From the NCBI GenBank assembly GCA_002305115.1, contig DBQF01000001.1:160916-224915 (forward strand): 64,000 nt of DNA. The letters run 5' to 3'. Numbering within the stretch: the stretch's first letter is position 1; every line of letters begins with the position of its first letter. Positions 33,473 to 44,298 of this stretch are shown here, one piece after another. The translations under genes and the position numbers were made by a program. The notes under the pieces were generated by a model. The model saw only the letters and a list, made by a program, of their open reading frames with translations, did not search any database and was not told where the DNA came from. Origin of the DNA: a candidate division WWE3 bacterium UBA1401. GTDB taxonomy: Bacteria; Patescibacteriota; WWE3; UBA101185; UBA10185.

Positions 33473-34834
33473 ATGAGTTGTGACAACTTGTTCAAATCAC
33501 TGTCTGCCAATATTGCGAAATTGTCATATCATTTAGGAGATTTCGCTAAAGGTACCGGTATGTTTGCTGCTATGCATGAGCTGGAAAAGCTACAGTATGT
33601 TCCCCGTGAAGAAATGAGGCTAGTTCAATTGACTTACTTAAAAAAGTTACTGGAACATGCTTACAGCCACACTAAGTTTTATAAAGAATATTATGACCAG
33701 CACGGCGTAAATATCTCACAAATTAATAGTGTGGCAGACCTTTCTAAATTACCTATTCTTACAAAAGAACATGTAAAGGAGCACTGCAGGGAATTATTGG
33801 CCAACACTAACCCCGTAGGAAAGTACATTCATATTACAAGCAGCGGTTCTACCGGCCAGCCTAAGCACCTATATCTTGATAGGAACTCTTATGGTTGGCG
33901 AATGGCCAGTACCTTTCTAGCTTGGAAATATGCTGGCTTTAAGTTTGGGGATTCTTATCTTCGGTTAACCTTAACTCCCAGAAAAGGTTGGCTGCCAAAG
34001 GCAGTTGATTGGTCGACTAGGTGTACCTATGAGGATCTTTACCATTTTGATGAGCTTAAACTAGAGACAATTGAGAAGCTCCTAGATACCAAAAATTTTG
34101 ACTTTATTTATTCTTATGCCAGCTCCGCTTATTTGTTGGCGCAATATTTGAAGAGCAAGAACAAAAGCTACCACCATCTAAAGGGTATTATTACTCAGGG
34201 AGAACTACTTTTTCCTCATTACCGCGCTCTTATAGAAGAGGTATTTAATACCCGCGTAACAGATCTATATGGTGGAGACGGTACTTCTATTTCCGGTCAG
34301 TGCTCTTACGGTAATTACCATATTATTGATCCAGAGGTAATTATAGAAATTGTAGATGATTCAGGTAATTTGATGCCTGGGGGGGTTATAGGCAGGTTAC
34401 TAGTGACCGACCTGCATAACTATCCCATGCCCTTAATCAGGTACGAACTAGGTGATCTGGCCGCATTATTGGATGTAACTTGCCCATGTGGGCAAACATT
34501 TAGTGTTATGAGTCAACCTTATGGTAGAGATACAGATATAATAAAATTATCTAACGGAACCCGTCTAATAGTGCATGTCTTTACTGTTTTATTTTCAAAA
34601 TACTCTGAAGTTAAACAGTTTCAAGTAGTTGAACTGGCGCAGGATACTTTGCAGCTTAACTTGGTGGTTACCCAAGAGTATGGATCTGAGACTCTTACCC
34701 GTATCAAGTCCGATATCTTAGCACATACTAAAGGTGTAGGTACAATATTAGAAAATCTTGTAGATGAAATACCATTGACACAGTCTAATAAGCGTAGGTT
34801 TGTTATTGCTAAAACGCCCCCATTTGCCCATTAG
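33473..34834 (+). CDS. PaaK/CapK/F390-synthetase family adenylate-forming ligase
   Basis: ITSSGSTGQPKHLY and LIRYELGDLA. TATTAT lies 6 nt upstream of the ATG. Confidence 0.75.
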   Translation: MSCDNLFKSLSANIAKLSYHLGDFAKGTGMFAAMHELEKLQYVPREEMRLVQLTYLKKLLEHAYSHTKFYKEYYDQHGVNISQINSVADLSKLPILTKEHVKEHCRELLANTNPVGKYIHITSSGSTGQPKHLYLDRNSYGWRMASTFLAWKYAGFKFGDSYLRLTLTPRKGWLPKAVDWSTRCTYEDLYHFDELKLETIEKLLDTKNFDFIYSYASSAYLLAQYLKSKNKSYHHLKGIITQGELLFPHYRALIEEVFNTRVTDLYGGDGTSISGQCSYGNYHIIDPEVIIEIVDDSGNLMPGGVIGRLLVTDLHNYPMPLIRYELGDLAALLDVTCPCGQTFSVMSQPYGRDTDIIKLSNGTRLIVHVFTVLFSKYSEVKQFQVVELAQDTLQLNLVVTQEYGSETLTRIKSDILAHTKGVGTILENLVDEIPLTQSNKRRFVIAKTPPFAH

Positions 34835-35499
34835 CTTAGTTTTACAATTAGCGCTTGATTGGTTGCCAGCGCGAGTGGCGCTTCTTTTTTGTCTGCACAA
34901 AATTCCATAAAAGCTTTGCGCACACCTGCAGAAAATCTGTAATCGTGGGTTAAGATAATGCCCCCCTGAGCCATTTTCGGATAAAAGAACTTTAGCGCAT
35001 CAAGTGTACTTGCATATAAGTCTACATCTAGGTGCACAAAAGAGAACTTTTCTATTATGCCTTCTGCTGTAGCCGGAAATAAGCCAACATGCCAGTGTAT
35101 CTGTTCATACTTTTTAAGTAGTTGCTGCGTATTTTCCATACTAGCTTTGTATTGGTTTTTCTTAAAATATGTACCATACGCATCATTTTCAGGTAGGCCT
35201 TCGAAAGTATCAAATAGATGTAGCGTATTTGTACCTTTTCTTTGTGCGATAAGTAATGCGCTGCCCCCATTAGAAACACCTACTTCTGCCATGCCGCCGG
35301 GAATTGTTGTGCAGCGCGCTACACACTCGCATAACTGAATGGCTTCCGAAACAGTCAGTAGCATGAGCTGCTTTTTTCGTAATTTGTCTATTTCATCTAG
35401 TAAATTGGGATCCGTACTATAGTGATAGAATAGTTCTAGCTTGAGTTTAGTTAGTAGTGAGTCAAATGCACTATATAGTTTAGTCTTCAGGCTGGTCAT
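34831..35499 (-). CDS. TylF/MycF-family SAM-dependent O-methyltransferase
   Basis: EVGVSNGGSALLIA, LHLFDTFEGLPE, FVHLDVDLYASTLDAL and IILTHDY. Confidence 0.8.
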   Translation of the reverse strand: MTSLKTKLYSAFDSLLTKLKLELFYHYSTDPNLLDEIDKLRKKQLMLLTVSEAIQLCECVARCTTIPGGMAEVGVSNGGSALLIAQRKGTNTLHLFDTFEGLPENDAYGTYFKKNQYKASMENTQQLLKKYEQIHWHVGLFPATAEGIIEKFSFVHLDVDLYASTLDALKFFYPKMAQGGIILTHDYRFSAGVRKAFMEFCADKKEAPLALATNQALIVKLS

Positions 35500-35504
35500 T
35501 CACT

Positions 35505-36584
35505 ATGAACTATAGCACAGAACAATTCGTTTATAATTCGAGCATGTTGAGTTTTAGTACTAACATCTTGGTAAGTTACATTCTCACCCCCCTTATTATT
35601 TATAGGATCCTGTACCGAACTTGTTATAGGACAGCAGATGGCGCTAAGCCATTTTTTGTTCTAGCAGCTTTTGGTATAGGACCTTTAGTGCCTAGTTTGC
35701 TGTTATATTACTTATTTTTATTAGTGCCCGGCAGGCCTGTCCTCTTTTACTTGATAAATGTATTTTTGGTGTTGGCAATGCTGTACGTTACTGTAAGAGT
35801 ATCTCCTAGGGATATTCTTGCAGCTATAAAAACTACATTTGTGAATGATTATGGTAGGTTAGTTCGTTGGGCATTGATGGTAGCTATTGCTGTTTTTTGT
35901 GTTGTTTGGTTATGCTTGGTAGTTGAAACACCCATAATCAGGCACGATGTCTTTGAGTATGCGACTTTAGCCAAGCTTTTTGCTAGAGACAGGAAAATCG
36001 TTTATTCGGAGCATTTATTTGATCCAGTTACGCAATTTTATTATGTGGGCAGGCACGGCTTCTTTTTTCCGCTTATTGCTTCTTGGGAAAGACTAGTTAA
36101 CTCCGCTTTACATATAGACAGTGACTTGTTTTTTAAAAGTATCTCGGGTTATTACCTTTTGTTAATAGTTTTAGGGCAACTGCTAGTATTTCACAAAAAA
36201 CGCCCTTTGCTTGCTTTGTTTGTGCCCATGAACACGCTTTTGGTAACAGCTCTTGTTTCAAATTTAGTTTATTTCCATCTAGATACTGTTAGGCTATTTT
36301 TTATAGGCCTATGTACGTTGTTTGTGTACTACTTTATGTACACCAAAAGCCCCCCCATCTTGTATCTGTTGGGAGTTTGTTTGGGTTTAGGCCTTAATAT
36401 ACATGCAACAGCTTTGATGTTTGCTGCAGTTATGTTTCCTATTGTTGTGTTTATTCCACAGGGTTTTTTAGCTGAGAAGCTTAAGAGGGCTTTGGCACTA
36501 GGTGGCTTGATTATTATGTTTGGGGGTATTCACTACATACTGGATTTATTTATTGGCAGAGGTTTGCACATATGGATTTCTTGA
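35505..36584 (+). CDS. polytopic membrane protein, function unknown (Wzy-like polymerase or GT-C candidate)
   Basis: 359 aa with about 10 hydrophobic segments. No motif could be assigned. Confidence 0.5.
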   Translation: MNYSTEQFVYNSSMLSFSTNILVSYILTPLIIYRILYRTCYRTADGAKPFFVLAAFGIGPLVPSLLLYYLFLLVPGRPVLFYLINVFLVLAMLYVTVRVSPRDILAAIKTTFVNDYGRLVRWALMVAIAVFCVVWLCLVVETPIIRHDVFEYATLAKLFARDRKIVYSEHLFDPVTQFYYVGRHGFFFPLIASWERLVNSALHIDSDLFFKSISGYYLLLIVLGQLLVFHKKRPLLALFVPMNTLLVTALVSNLVYFHLDTVRLFFIGLCTLFVYYFMYTKSPPILYLLGVCLGLGLNIHATALMFAAVMFPIVVFIPQGFLAEKLKRALALGGLIIMFGGIHYILDLFIGRGLHIWIS

Positions 36585-37735
36585 AGAAGCATAGCTTAGT
36601 TTTTTTACTTTTGGTTTTTACCGTCACTGTCATTTACAGTGTATATTGGTTACTTGATAAGGATTCTGTAGCGGACTTAATTATACCCAACAATCTCAGC
36701 CTGCATAGCTACAGTACATACATTGCTGACCGGTTGCCCACAGCACAGGATAAGGAGTTTGTTTCAGAACTGTACGACTATTTCCCATCCAAAAAGGTTT
36801 ATAAGCTCAAAAGCTCTATTACAGATGCAGAAATAAGCAAGTTTAAGTCTTTATTAATAGCTAGCGGTTACTACGTAGATTTCAGTACTATAGACAGGGA
36901 TTTACATACGCATGCAAAACGCGTGTTGAATGGTTATTTAGGCCAGTTTTTTAGGTTTAGGCTCTTAGGAGTACTAAACTGGTTGTTTATTCCTGCAGTT
37001 ACCTATTACTTATTTGTGGACCGTAAGTTTAGCGCTAGTTCTAAGATACTGCTTGCTGCAGTCTTAGTCTGCATATGCATTGTTACTGTTTATGGGTATA
37101 ACTATAGATATCAGCTGACATTTGTTCCGGTTATTCTCTCAATGGCACTGCTATTTATTGATGACTTATTGGAATTATGGGATTGCGCCAGATTAAAACT
37201 TGCGGTTTATTGCTTTTTATCAGGTCTTATGGTCATAAATATTTTAAAGTATTTCGGTAGCTTAACTGCTGAGTCTGTGTTAGTAAGTTCAACTGTTTTG
37301 ACTTCATCAAAGAATACGGAAAACTGGTCCTCCGAATCATCTAGTATGCTGAAGATGGCAAACTTTATTAATAGTTTATCTACAGGTTCAACGGCTAACT
37401 TTTTGATTAATAATCTGCCTTTTTTCTACTACTACACTGATAAATCAGGTATCTATTATTGGGCATATGATGACATTTTATTCTATGCCTCTCGTAGAGA
37501 GTTGCTTTTTACACACAGGAGCGTAGGGGATGTTTATACTATCCTTTTTGAGGAACTAAACTGCAGATACATTTTGTCTTCGCATTCTTACAACTCTTAT
37601 AATCCGCGGTTTGATGACTTCTTGCGGTTATATACTATCCCAATTTTCCAAACAGGAGACTATGTGCTTTACGAAGTTCTTGTGCCCAGTGATCTTGATG
37701 ATTTTTCGCAAACGCCCCTACAAGTAGCCCAATGA
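36572..37735 (+). CDS. membrane protein, function unknown
   Basis: 387 aa with an N-terminal TM and a central TM cluster. The start overlaps the upstream gene by 13 nt. The 3' end overlaps the convergent flippase gene by 101 nt. Confidence 0.5.
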   Translation: MDFLKKHSLVFLLLVFTVTVIYSVYWLLDKDSVADLIIPNNLSLHSYSTYIADRLPTAQDKEFVSELYDYFPSKKVYKLKSSITDAEISKFKSLLIASGYYVDFSTIDRDLHTHAKRVLNGYLGQFFRFRLLGVLNWLFIPAVTYYLFVDRKFSASSKILLAAVLVCICIVTVYGYNYRYQLTFVPVILSMALLFIDDLLELWDCARLKLAVYCFLSGLMVINILKYFGSLTAESVLVSSTVLTSSKNTENWSSESSSMLKMANFINSLSTGSTANFLINNLPFFYYYTDKSGIYYWAYDDILFYASRRELLFTHRSVGDVYTILFEELNCRYILSSHSYNSYNPRFDDFLRLYTIPIFQTGDYVLYEVLVPSDLDDFSQTPLQVAQ

Positions 37736-38954
37736 TAACTAGAACGGCAATTATGTTGCCTATTATAATGTTATGTAAATTCTCATGAGCTAACGTTATG
37801 TATATGTATTGGAAAGCCATTGCCGGCAAAAATAGTCCAAAAACTTTTGTTTTTTCCACTGCCAGTAGGTAAAGTGAAAAAAAGTTCATTATTATAAACA
37901 GTGCTATGAATATGGCATAAGTTCTAATGTAAGGAACGGAAGCGTCAAATGCAGCACCAAAAAAAACTTGGGAAATAAGTTCAGGAAAAGTCAGATACAC
38001 AAATAAACAGGTAAGAATTAAGCCAAACTGGATCTTAAATAACTGAACAAAAACCTTTACAGGGTTTTTCTTTCGGGCATGTTCTGCTACAACTTGTGGG
38101 TACATAACCGTTGCTACAGATGTACATCCGAACAAAAACAGCTTGCCCAGCGTGACAGCCCCTGCATAGTATCCGGTAAGTTGTGGATCAAAATATCTTC
38201 TTACCAGGACAATATCCATATTCGTTAAGTAAGTTTGGGTGATTGCTAGCAGTGCTGCTGGTAGCCCGAAAATAAAAAGCTTTTTATAGTCTCGTTTTAT
38301 GTTTTTAAAGTCTGCTTTGTTTATTGCTACATTAACAAGTACTATGGCTAGCGTAAATGAAATAACTAGTGCTACAGACATGCCGCTAAAAATACTTACC
38401 AGGCCTAGGCCCATATATAAAGGTATTAGAGCGAATGTCATACGCAAAGAGCTAAAAACCATGTTATATACAGCAGAAGCCGTGTATTTGGTTAAGCCCT
38501 TTAAACTTGCTGTAAATATACCTGAGGGAAAGGTAAGTCCCGTCAGGACTGCAAATACTGTGATAATGGTCGAGTCTGCAATTTGCAATTTGGTCTGTAT
38601 AAAAGGCCCTGCAAGATTAATCCCTGTAAACAAGATGATGCTTATTAGTAACGCAAAGCCAATTAGGGAATAGAAGAAACCTGCGAATCTATTCAATTCT
38701 TTGGTTGCTGCCAGTTCTGAAGTTCTTTTGATTATTGATATGCCCAAAATTTCTGTAGGAATAACCAACAGAGTAGATAGAGAGATTAGGCTGCTATATA
38801 AACCATAGGTTTGTACGTCCAGTTTTCTGCCCAGGAAAAAAAGCAATAAATAGCTGAAAAAACTTCCGATAATACCTCCCAAAGCAATAGTCAGAGTGTT
38901 TTTTATGTTTTGATTCGTAACTATTTTATGTACTATTGCTTTAAATGACTTCAT
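37635..38954 (-). CDS. MOP-superfamily oligosaccharide flippase (Wzx-like)
   Basis: 439 aa with 12-14 hydrophobic segments and a Wzx-like N-terminus KNTLTIALGGIIGSFFSYLLLFFLGRKL. Confidence 0.7.
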   Translation of the reverse strand: MKSFKAIVHKIVTNQNIKNTLTIALGGIIGSFFSYLLLFFLGRKLDVQTYGLYSSLISLSTLLVIPTEILGISIIKRTSELAATKELNRFAGFFYSLIGFALLISIILFTGINLAGPFIQTKLQIADSTIITVFAVLTGLTFPSGIFTASLKGLTKYTASAVYNMVFSSLRMTFALIPLYMGLGLVSIFSGMSVALVISFTLAIVLVNVAINKADFKNIKRDYKKLFIFGLPAALLAITQTYLTNMDIVLVRRYFDPQLTGYYAGAVTLGKLFLFGCTSVATVMYPQVVAEHARKKNPVKVFVQLFKIQFGLILTCLFVYLTFPELISQVFFGAAFDASVPYIRTYAIFIALFIIMNFFSLYLLAVEKTKVFGLFLPAMAFQYIYITLAHENLHNIIIGNIIAVLVIIGLLVGAFAKNHQDHWAQELRKAHSLLFGKLG

Positions 38955-39012
38955 GTGATAACTAATTATACAGTTTCTTAGTTTGCAGGTGTGTTAGAAT
39001 TCATACAATTGT

Positions 39013-40107
39013 ATGCAAGTTCCCTTTGTAGACCTTAAGATGCAATATCAGATGCTAAAAGCCGAATTAGATGAGGCCGTCTTTAACATATTGACGGAAG
39101 GTACGTTTATTATGGGGGAGCCTGTTACAGCTTTTGAAGAACAAGTTTCCCGGTATTTAGGCACTAAGGCTTTGGGATGTGCCTCCGGCAGTGACGCTTT
39201 GTTGCTTGCTTTAATGGCTTCGGATATTCAGCCCGGAGATGAAGTTATTACTACACCTTTTACTTTTTTTGCTACAGCCGGTGCTATAGCTCGGTTGGGG
39301 GCTAAGCCTGTTTTTGTTGATATAGACCCTCAGACTTTTAACCTGGATCCTGTACAGACTGAGCGGGCTATTACGGAAAAAACCAAAGCAATTATTCCTG
39401 TCCATATTTTTGGGCAAGTAGCAGACATGGATATGGTTACGGCCTTGGCCAAAAAATACGCCCTGAAAATTATAGAAGACGCTTGCCAAGCTATTGGTGC
39501 TGAGTACAAAGGTAAAAAGGCGGGAACTTTAGGTGATTATGGTTGCTTTTCCTTTTTTCCCACTAAAAATTTAGGTGGAGCCGGTGATGGAGGCCTACTT
39601 TCCTGTACCAGTGTAGAAGGTTACGATCGGGTTAAGTACCTTAGAGTGCATGGTGCCAAGGTCAAGTACTTCCATGATACTGTAGGTATCAATTCCAGGC
39701 TTGATAGTCTTCAGGCTGCTATTTTGGGTGTTAAATTAAAGTACCTGGATGACTGGAATGCCAAAAGGCAAGCTATTGCCGATCTTTATACACAAGCACT
39801 AAGCTCTTATCTGACTACGCCATATGTATCTTCTGAGACAAAACATGTTTTCCATCAGTATGTGGTTTTAGCAGACAATCGGGATGAGTTTATGAACTAT
39901 TTAAATGAGCGTGGTATAGCTACCGGAGTGTACTATCCTTTACCTTTGCACCTACAAAAGTGTTTTACCCATCTTGGTTACAGTGAAGGTGATTTACCTG
40001 TAAGCGAAAGTGTGTCCAAAAAGATTCTAAGTTTACCCGTTTATCCGGAAATGACTGATGAGCAAGTTAATTATGTGATTAGTACAATAAGCGGATTTTT
40101 TGCCTAA
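39013..40107 (+). CDS. DegT/DnrJ/EryC1/StrS-family PLP-dependent sugar aminotransferase (WbpE/ArnB-like)
   Basis: CASGSDALLLAL, DACQAIGAEYKGKKAG and FSFFPTKNLGGAGDGG (PLP lysine). Confidence 0.9.
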   Translation: MQVPFVDLKMQYQMLKAELDEAVFNILTEGTFIMGEPVTAFEEQVSRYLGTKALGCASGSDALLLALMASDIQPGDEVITTPFTFFATAGAIARLGAKPVFVDIDPQTFNLDPVQTERAITEKTKAIIPVHIFGQVADMDMVTALAKKYALKIIEDACQAIGAEYKGKKAGTLGDYGCFSFFPTKNLGGAGDGGLLSCTSVEGYDRVKYLRVHGAKVKYFHDTVGINSRLDSLQAAILGVKLKYLDDWNAKRQAIADLYTQALSSYLTTPYVSSETKHVFHQYVVLADNRDEFMNYLNERGIATGVYYPLPLHLQKCFTHLGYSEGDLPVSESVSKKILSLPVYPEMTDEQVNYVISTISGFFA

Positions 40108-41201
40108 TTACTTTTGTAAAGCCTCTCGTTATCCATCATATCCATCCACATAGCAAAAAATAAAGACTGGAACCCAGCAATAGTTAGGAAGATAAAGGCC
40201 ATCGTACTCTGGTCTGAAACATAAGTGCCTAGTATTAGTGCAGTTATTATTCTTACAGCAAAGATGACGTCTATTAGTAATAAGATAAAGCCCAAGTGAT
40301 ACAGCAAAAATAGCGGATGGAAATCTCGAAAAAAGTATTTTGTGTATAGCCTTTTGAAAAAGAGTTTTAGCAACAAAAAAGAAATTTTAGGCACCGTCTT
40401 TAATACTTTCATTTTAGACTTTTCCCCAACGTTATAAACCGGTTTACTAGGCAGCTCTTTAAGAGTGCAATTCACCATATTAAGTTTTACCAGAATGTCA
40501 TTGGGGCAGCCATAGTATGGATAAATATCGTATATTTTTATAGACTTAAGCGCTTTTCTATTTACGGCAGTATAGCTGGTCTGGGTATCGGAAATACGCC
40601 AGTAACCGCTGGCAATTTTTGTTAATAAAGACAAAATGGAGTTACCTATAAATCTTACTCTGGGAATAAAAACTGCGGCTGCAGGGTGGCATAGCCTGTT
40701 AACTTTGGTGGTATCCACTTGCCCTGTTACTACAGGCATACATACGCCTTCCAGTTCTGCAGGATCCATTTGGCCGTCCCCATCCATTATAGCGGTGCAA
40801 TCTACGCCATTATCTCTGCACCATCTATAGCCGGAGGCGTACGCCCTTCCCACATAGCCATTTACCAGGTGGTCTATTAACACTATTCGGGAGTTTGGCA
40901 GAGAAATAATATCTGCGGGAGTGTATTTATCAGCTTCATTCTTTATCATTTCCTGGGCTACAACCTCTGCTTGGTTGAAGGGTGTATTTTTGATTTCCAT
41001 ATCCGAATTAATCAGGGATGTTACTTGCCTATTATCTTTGCGCATGTATTCAAGCACGACTTCTTTGGTTTTGTCTTTTGAATGGTCGTTAATGATTACA
41101 ATTCTATCTACAAAATCAGGCATAGTTTCAATAACGTTGCCGATTTGTGTTTCTTCATTATATGCAGGAACTACTACTGCTATGGTTTTGCCATTTAACA
41201 T
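40104..41201 (-). CDS. family-2 glycosyltransferase with C-terminal TM helices (ArnC/GtrB/DPM1-like polyprenyl-phosphate glycosyltransferase candidate)
   Basis: VVVPAYNEETQIGNVIETM, INDHSKDKT and MDGDGQMDP, with hydrophobic helices at the C-terminus. Confidence 0.8.
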   Translation of the reverse strand: MLNGKTIAVVVPAYNEETQIGNVIETMPDFVDRIVIINDHSKDKTKEVVLEYMRKDNRQVTSLINSDMEIKNTPFNQAEVVAQEMIKNEADKYTPADIISLPNSRIVLIDHLVNGYVGRAYASGYRWCRDNGVDCTAIMDGDGQMDPAELEGVCMPVVTGQVDTTKVNRLCHPAAAVFIPRVRFIGNSILSLLTKIASGYWRISDTQTSYTAVNRKALKSIKIYDIYPYYGCPNDILVKLNMVNCTLKELPSKPVYNVGEKSKMKVLKTVPKISFLLLKLFFKRLYTKYFFRDFHPLFLLYHLGFILLLIDVIFAVRIITALILGTYVSDQSTMAFIFLTIAGFQSLFFAMWMDMMDNERLYKSN

Positions 41202-41271
41202 ATGCTTTCCAGAAGCTTATAGCCTCATAATCTTATCATGAGTTACCAGCTTTGTAATGTGCCGGATTAAT

Positions 41272-41279
41272 TGTATCAT
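41272..41279 (+). promoter_or_regulatory. -10 box for the leaderless AsnB-like gene
   Basis: TGTATCAT ends 6 nt before ATG 41286, the start that yields MCGIAG. Confidence 0.5.
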
Positions 41280-41285
41280 TGGCGT

Positions 41286-43175
41286 ATGTGTGGCATTGCA
41301 GGAAAATTTGTGTTTAGCGGTACTGAGGAAATTAGCCCAACCCTACTGCAAAAAATGTGTGCGGCAATAAGGCATCGGGGACCGGATGACGAAGGTATCT
41401 TTTGTGACGGGTATTTTGGATTTGGCATGCGTAGGTTAAGCATTATTGATCTAGCCGGAGGGCACCAACCAATTTTCAATGAAGATAAATCACTGGCAAT
41501 AGTTTTTAATGGCGAAATCTATAATTACCAAGCCATTATGGCGGAACTACTTACAAAAGGCCATACATTTACTACCCGCAGCGATACCGAAACAATTCTT
41601 CATGCTTATGAAGAATATGGCCCAAGGTGTCTGGACTACTTTAACGGTATGTTTGCTTTCGCTATCTGGGATAGCGCAAAAAAAGAACTGTTTATAGCTA
41701 GAGACAGAATAGGTATTAAGCCCTTGTTCTACTATGCTGACAATGCCAAGTTGGTATTTGGTTCGGAATTAAAAGCCATTTTGCAAGACTCTACACTAAA
41801 GCGCGAACTAAATCCTGAAGCATTAGATTTGTTTTTAAGTTATGCCTTTATACCAGCACCTTATTGCATATTCAAAAATATGTTCAAGTTAGCTCCTGGG
41901 CACTATCTGGTGGCAAATAGTAAAGGTGTTACAGTGAAACGTTACTGGGAAGTTTACTTTAAACCTGATCAAACAAAATCACTTGATCAATTTAAGTATG
42001 AGTTTAATGAGTTATTTGAGGATGCAGTTAAGCTTAGACTGCTAAGTGAAGTGCCGTTAGGGGTGTTTCTGAGCGGTGGTATTGATTCAAGTGCCATTGT
42101 GGCTGCAGTTTCCAAAGTTAGTTCATCGAAGCTCAAGACCTTTTCAATTGGTTTTGCGGATGGTGGCTACTATGATGAAACATCTTATGCCAAACAAATA
42201 GCCCAAACTTTTGATACGGATCACACCGCTTTCAAAGTAGGGGCAGAGATACTAAACTTATTGCCTAAGTTTAGCCATCATTTTGATGAACCCTTTGCGG
42301 ACTATGCAGCCTTCCCAACATTTGTTTTGTCTGAGTTGACCAGGAAATATGTGACCGTGGCACTTAGTGGTGATGGTGGCGATGAGCTTTTTGCTGGTTA
42401 TAGGAGATATCTTACGGAAAGTTTCTTAAACTACTATCAACGTGTACCAGCCATAATTCGTTCAAAGCTTTTATCCCCGTTACTTTATCAAGCTAAACAT
42501 ATATATCCGAAAGCTGCGCGCTTCCATACGTATTTAGATTCTGCACACAGATTGGCTACTTTTGCCCAGGTAGATACAGACACACGCTATATCAGAAGTT
42601 TTTTCAAATTTTATCCTACTAAAAATGCTGAATTACTAGTTACAAATCTAGTTGACCCGGATTTTTCGGAAAGTGTGTATAGAGCTTATATTGATGACAA
42701 AAAAGACTACGATACTTTAGCAAAGCAGTTGTACTTAGATATAAAGACTTCTTTATCTGAAGATATGCTTACCAAAATTGATCGCACATCTATGGCACAT
42801 TCTTTGGAAGTTAGAGTGCCTTTTTTAGATTATCGTATTGTAGAGCTGGCTGCGACTATCCCCTCGGAGTATAAAATCAGAGGCCCTAATCTGAAAGTTT
42901 TCCTTAAAGAAGCCTTTGCCGATACTCTGCCTAAAGACATCTTGTATCGGCCAAAACATGGTTTTACAACCCCGATTCACACTTGGTTGCGTAATGATAT
43001 GCAAGAACTGGTATACGATGTGTTAAGCGAGGACACTATCAAACAGGTTGGTGTGTTCGAGCCAGGTGCAGTTACTAAACTTGTAGCCGATCATATGACT
43101 GGCAGGGAGAATAACGGTATTCAAGTCTTTATGCTGCTTTCTTTCCATATGTGGTATGTCGAGTATATGGCTTAG
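41286..43175 (+). CDS. asparagine synthase (glutamine-hydrolysing) family amidotransferase (AsnB/WbpS-like)
   Basis: MCGIAGKF N-terminal nucleophile and PP-loop FLSGGIDSS. ATG 41286 lies 6 nt after TGTATCAT; the track start is TTG 41271. Confidence 0.9.
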   Translation: MCGIAGKFVFSGTEEISPTLLQKMCAAIRHRGPDDEGIFCDGYFGFGMRRLSIIDLAGGHQPIFNEDKSLAIVFNGEIYNYQAIMAELLTKGHTFTTRSDTETILHAYEEYGPRCLDYFNGMFAFAIWDSAKKELFIARDRIGIKPLFYYADNAKLVFGSELKAILQDSTLKRELNPEALDLFLSYAFIPAPYCIFKNMFKLAPGHYLVANSKGVTVKRYWEVYFKPDQTKSLDQFKYEFNELFEDAVKLRLLSEVPLGVFLSGGIDSSAIVAAVSKVSSSKLKTFSIGFADGGYYDETSYAKQIAQTFDTDHTAFKVGAEILNLLPKFSHHFDEPFADYAAFPTFVLSELTRKYVTVALSGDGGDELFAGYRRYLTESFLNYYQRVPAIIRSKLLSPLLYQAKHIYPKAARFHTYLDSAHRLATFAQVDTDTRYIRSFFKFYPTKNAELLVTNLVDPDFSESVYRAYIDDKKDYDTLAKQLYLDIKTSLSEDMLTKIDRTSMAHSLEVRVPFLDYRIVELAATIPSEYKIRGPNLKVFLKEAFADTLPKDILYRPKHGFTTPIHTWLRNDMQELVYDVLSEDTIKQVGVFEPGAVTKLVADHMTGRENNGIQVFMLLSFHMWYVEYMA

Positions 43176-44253
43176 CCAATACAGTATCGAGTATAGTATT
43201 AAACGCTGCTAGTGCCCTGTCTGCAGAAAAGGCATCTAATATGGCCGAGGTATTGTTTTCAAGTTGGTGTAACTGTTCGGCGTTGGTTTTAAGTTTTGTT
43301 ATGATATTTGCTAATATATGATAATCTCCTATTCCTATAAGATAGCCATTTATTCCATTTTGGATTAGCGTATCCGTACCTCCCCCGGTTGTGGCAACTA
43401 CAGGTGTTCCCACAGCAAGTGACTCTAATACAGCATTAGGCATGCCTTCTCCGTTAGTGGAGCACAGTACTGAAAGATCACTCGCCTTTAGAATTGCGCT
43501 TATATCTGGCCGTTTGCCAAGTAGCATTACGTTAGTAAGTTTCCATTCTTTTACCCACTGCTCTATAGCTGTTCGGGTGGGACCTTCTCCGGCCAAGTAG
43601 GCAACTATATCTGGGTTTAGTTTTGTACATTCTCTGATTGCTTGCAAAAACGTTTTGTGATCTTTGGTAGATTTTAGGCCTGCAACCATAGTAATAATAA
43701 ATTTATCCTCTGGAAACCCCAGAGCTGCTCTGTACTCTTTTTTAGTTTTTTCTAGATTAGGTGGTGTTAGACTATTAGGCAAAATAAATCTACCTGGTTT
43801 GTCCCATTGGTCAAAAGCTTTTAGTCCTGCCTCTCCGTTTGCCACAACATAAGGATATAAGTTGTAGAGTAGGGAACTTAGTTTTGTTTGTAAGTTCTTA
43901 TGAACTGGAGCGCTTCTTATACTAGCGTTGATTATTGCAAAGCTAAATTTACCCAGGTGCTTAATAATAAGTGTTAGATAAGCAGTAGGTCTTGACCAAC
44001 AGAATACCACATCGGGTTGAAATTGCTTCAGCAATTGGTAATAGCCAATAATATTCCACCCTTGGATTTGCTTATTGGTGCTAAAACATGTTGCTACTTG
44101 AGCTTTGTACTCGTTTCCAATACCCCAATGAACAAGCCCTAAAATTGGTGTAACATGCTCGCGCAGTAGTTCACCCAATCTGAGCAACTGAGTTTCTTTG
44201 CCTCCCATTATCAGAGCTCCTATAGTGAAGAGTATACGGGGATCTTTAATCAT
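43129..44253 (-). CDS. GT-B fold glycosyltransferase, family 4
   Basis: GEGMPNAVLESLAVGTPVVAT (EX7E region). Paralog of 47100..48197. Confidence 0.85.
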   Translation of the reverse strand: MIKDPRILFTIGALIMGGKETQLLRLGELLREHVTPILGLVHWGIGNEYKAQVATCFSTNKQIQGWNIIGYYQLLKQFQPDVVFCWSRPTAYLTLIIKHLGKFSFAIINASIRSAPVHKNLQTKLSSLLYNLYPYVVANGEAGLKAFDQWDKPGRFILPNSLTPPNLEKTKKEYRAALGFPEDKFIITMVAGLKSTKDHKTFLQAIRECTKLNPDIVAYLAGEGPTRTAIEQWVKEWKLTNVMLLGKRPDISAILKASDLSVLCSTNGEGMPNAVLESLAVGTPVVATTGGGTDTLIQNGINGYLIGIGDYHILANIITKLKTNAEQLHQLENNTSAILDAFSADRALAAFNTILDTVLAKPYTRHTTYGKKAA

Positions 44254-44298
44254 TGGTTACAGCTATCATACCACTATGCTGAAAATGATATATAATTT

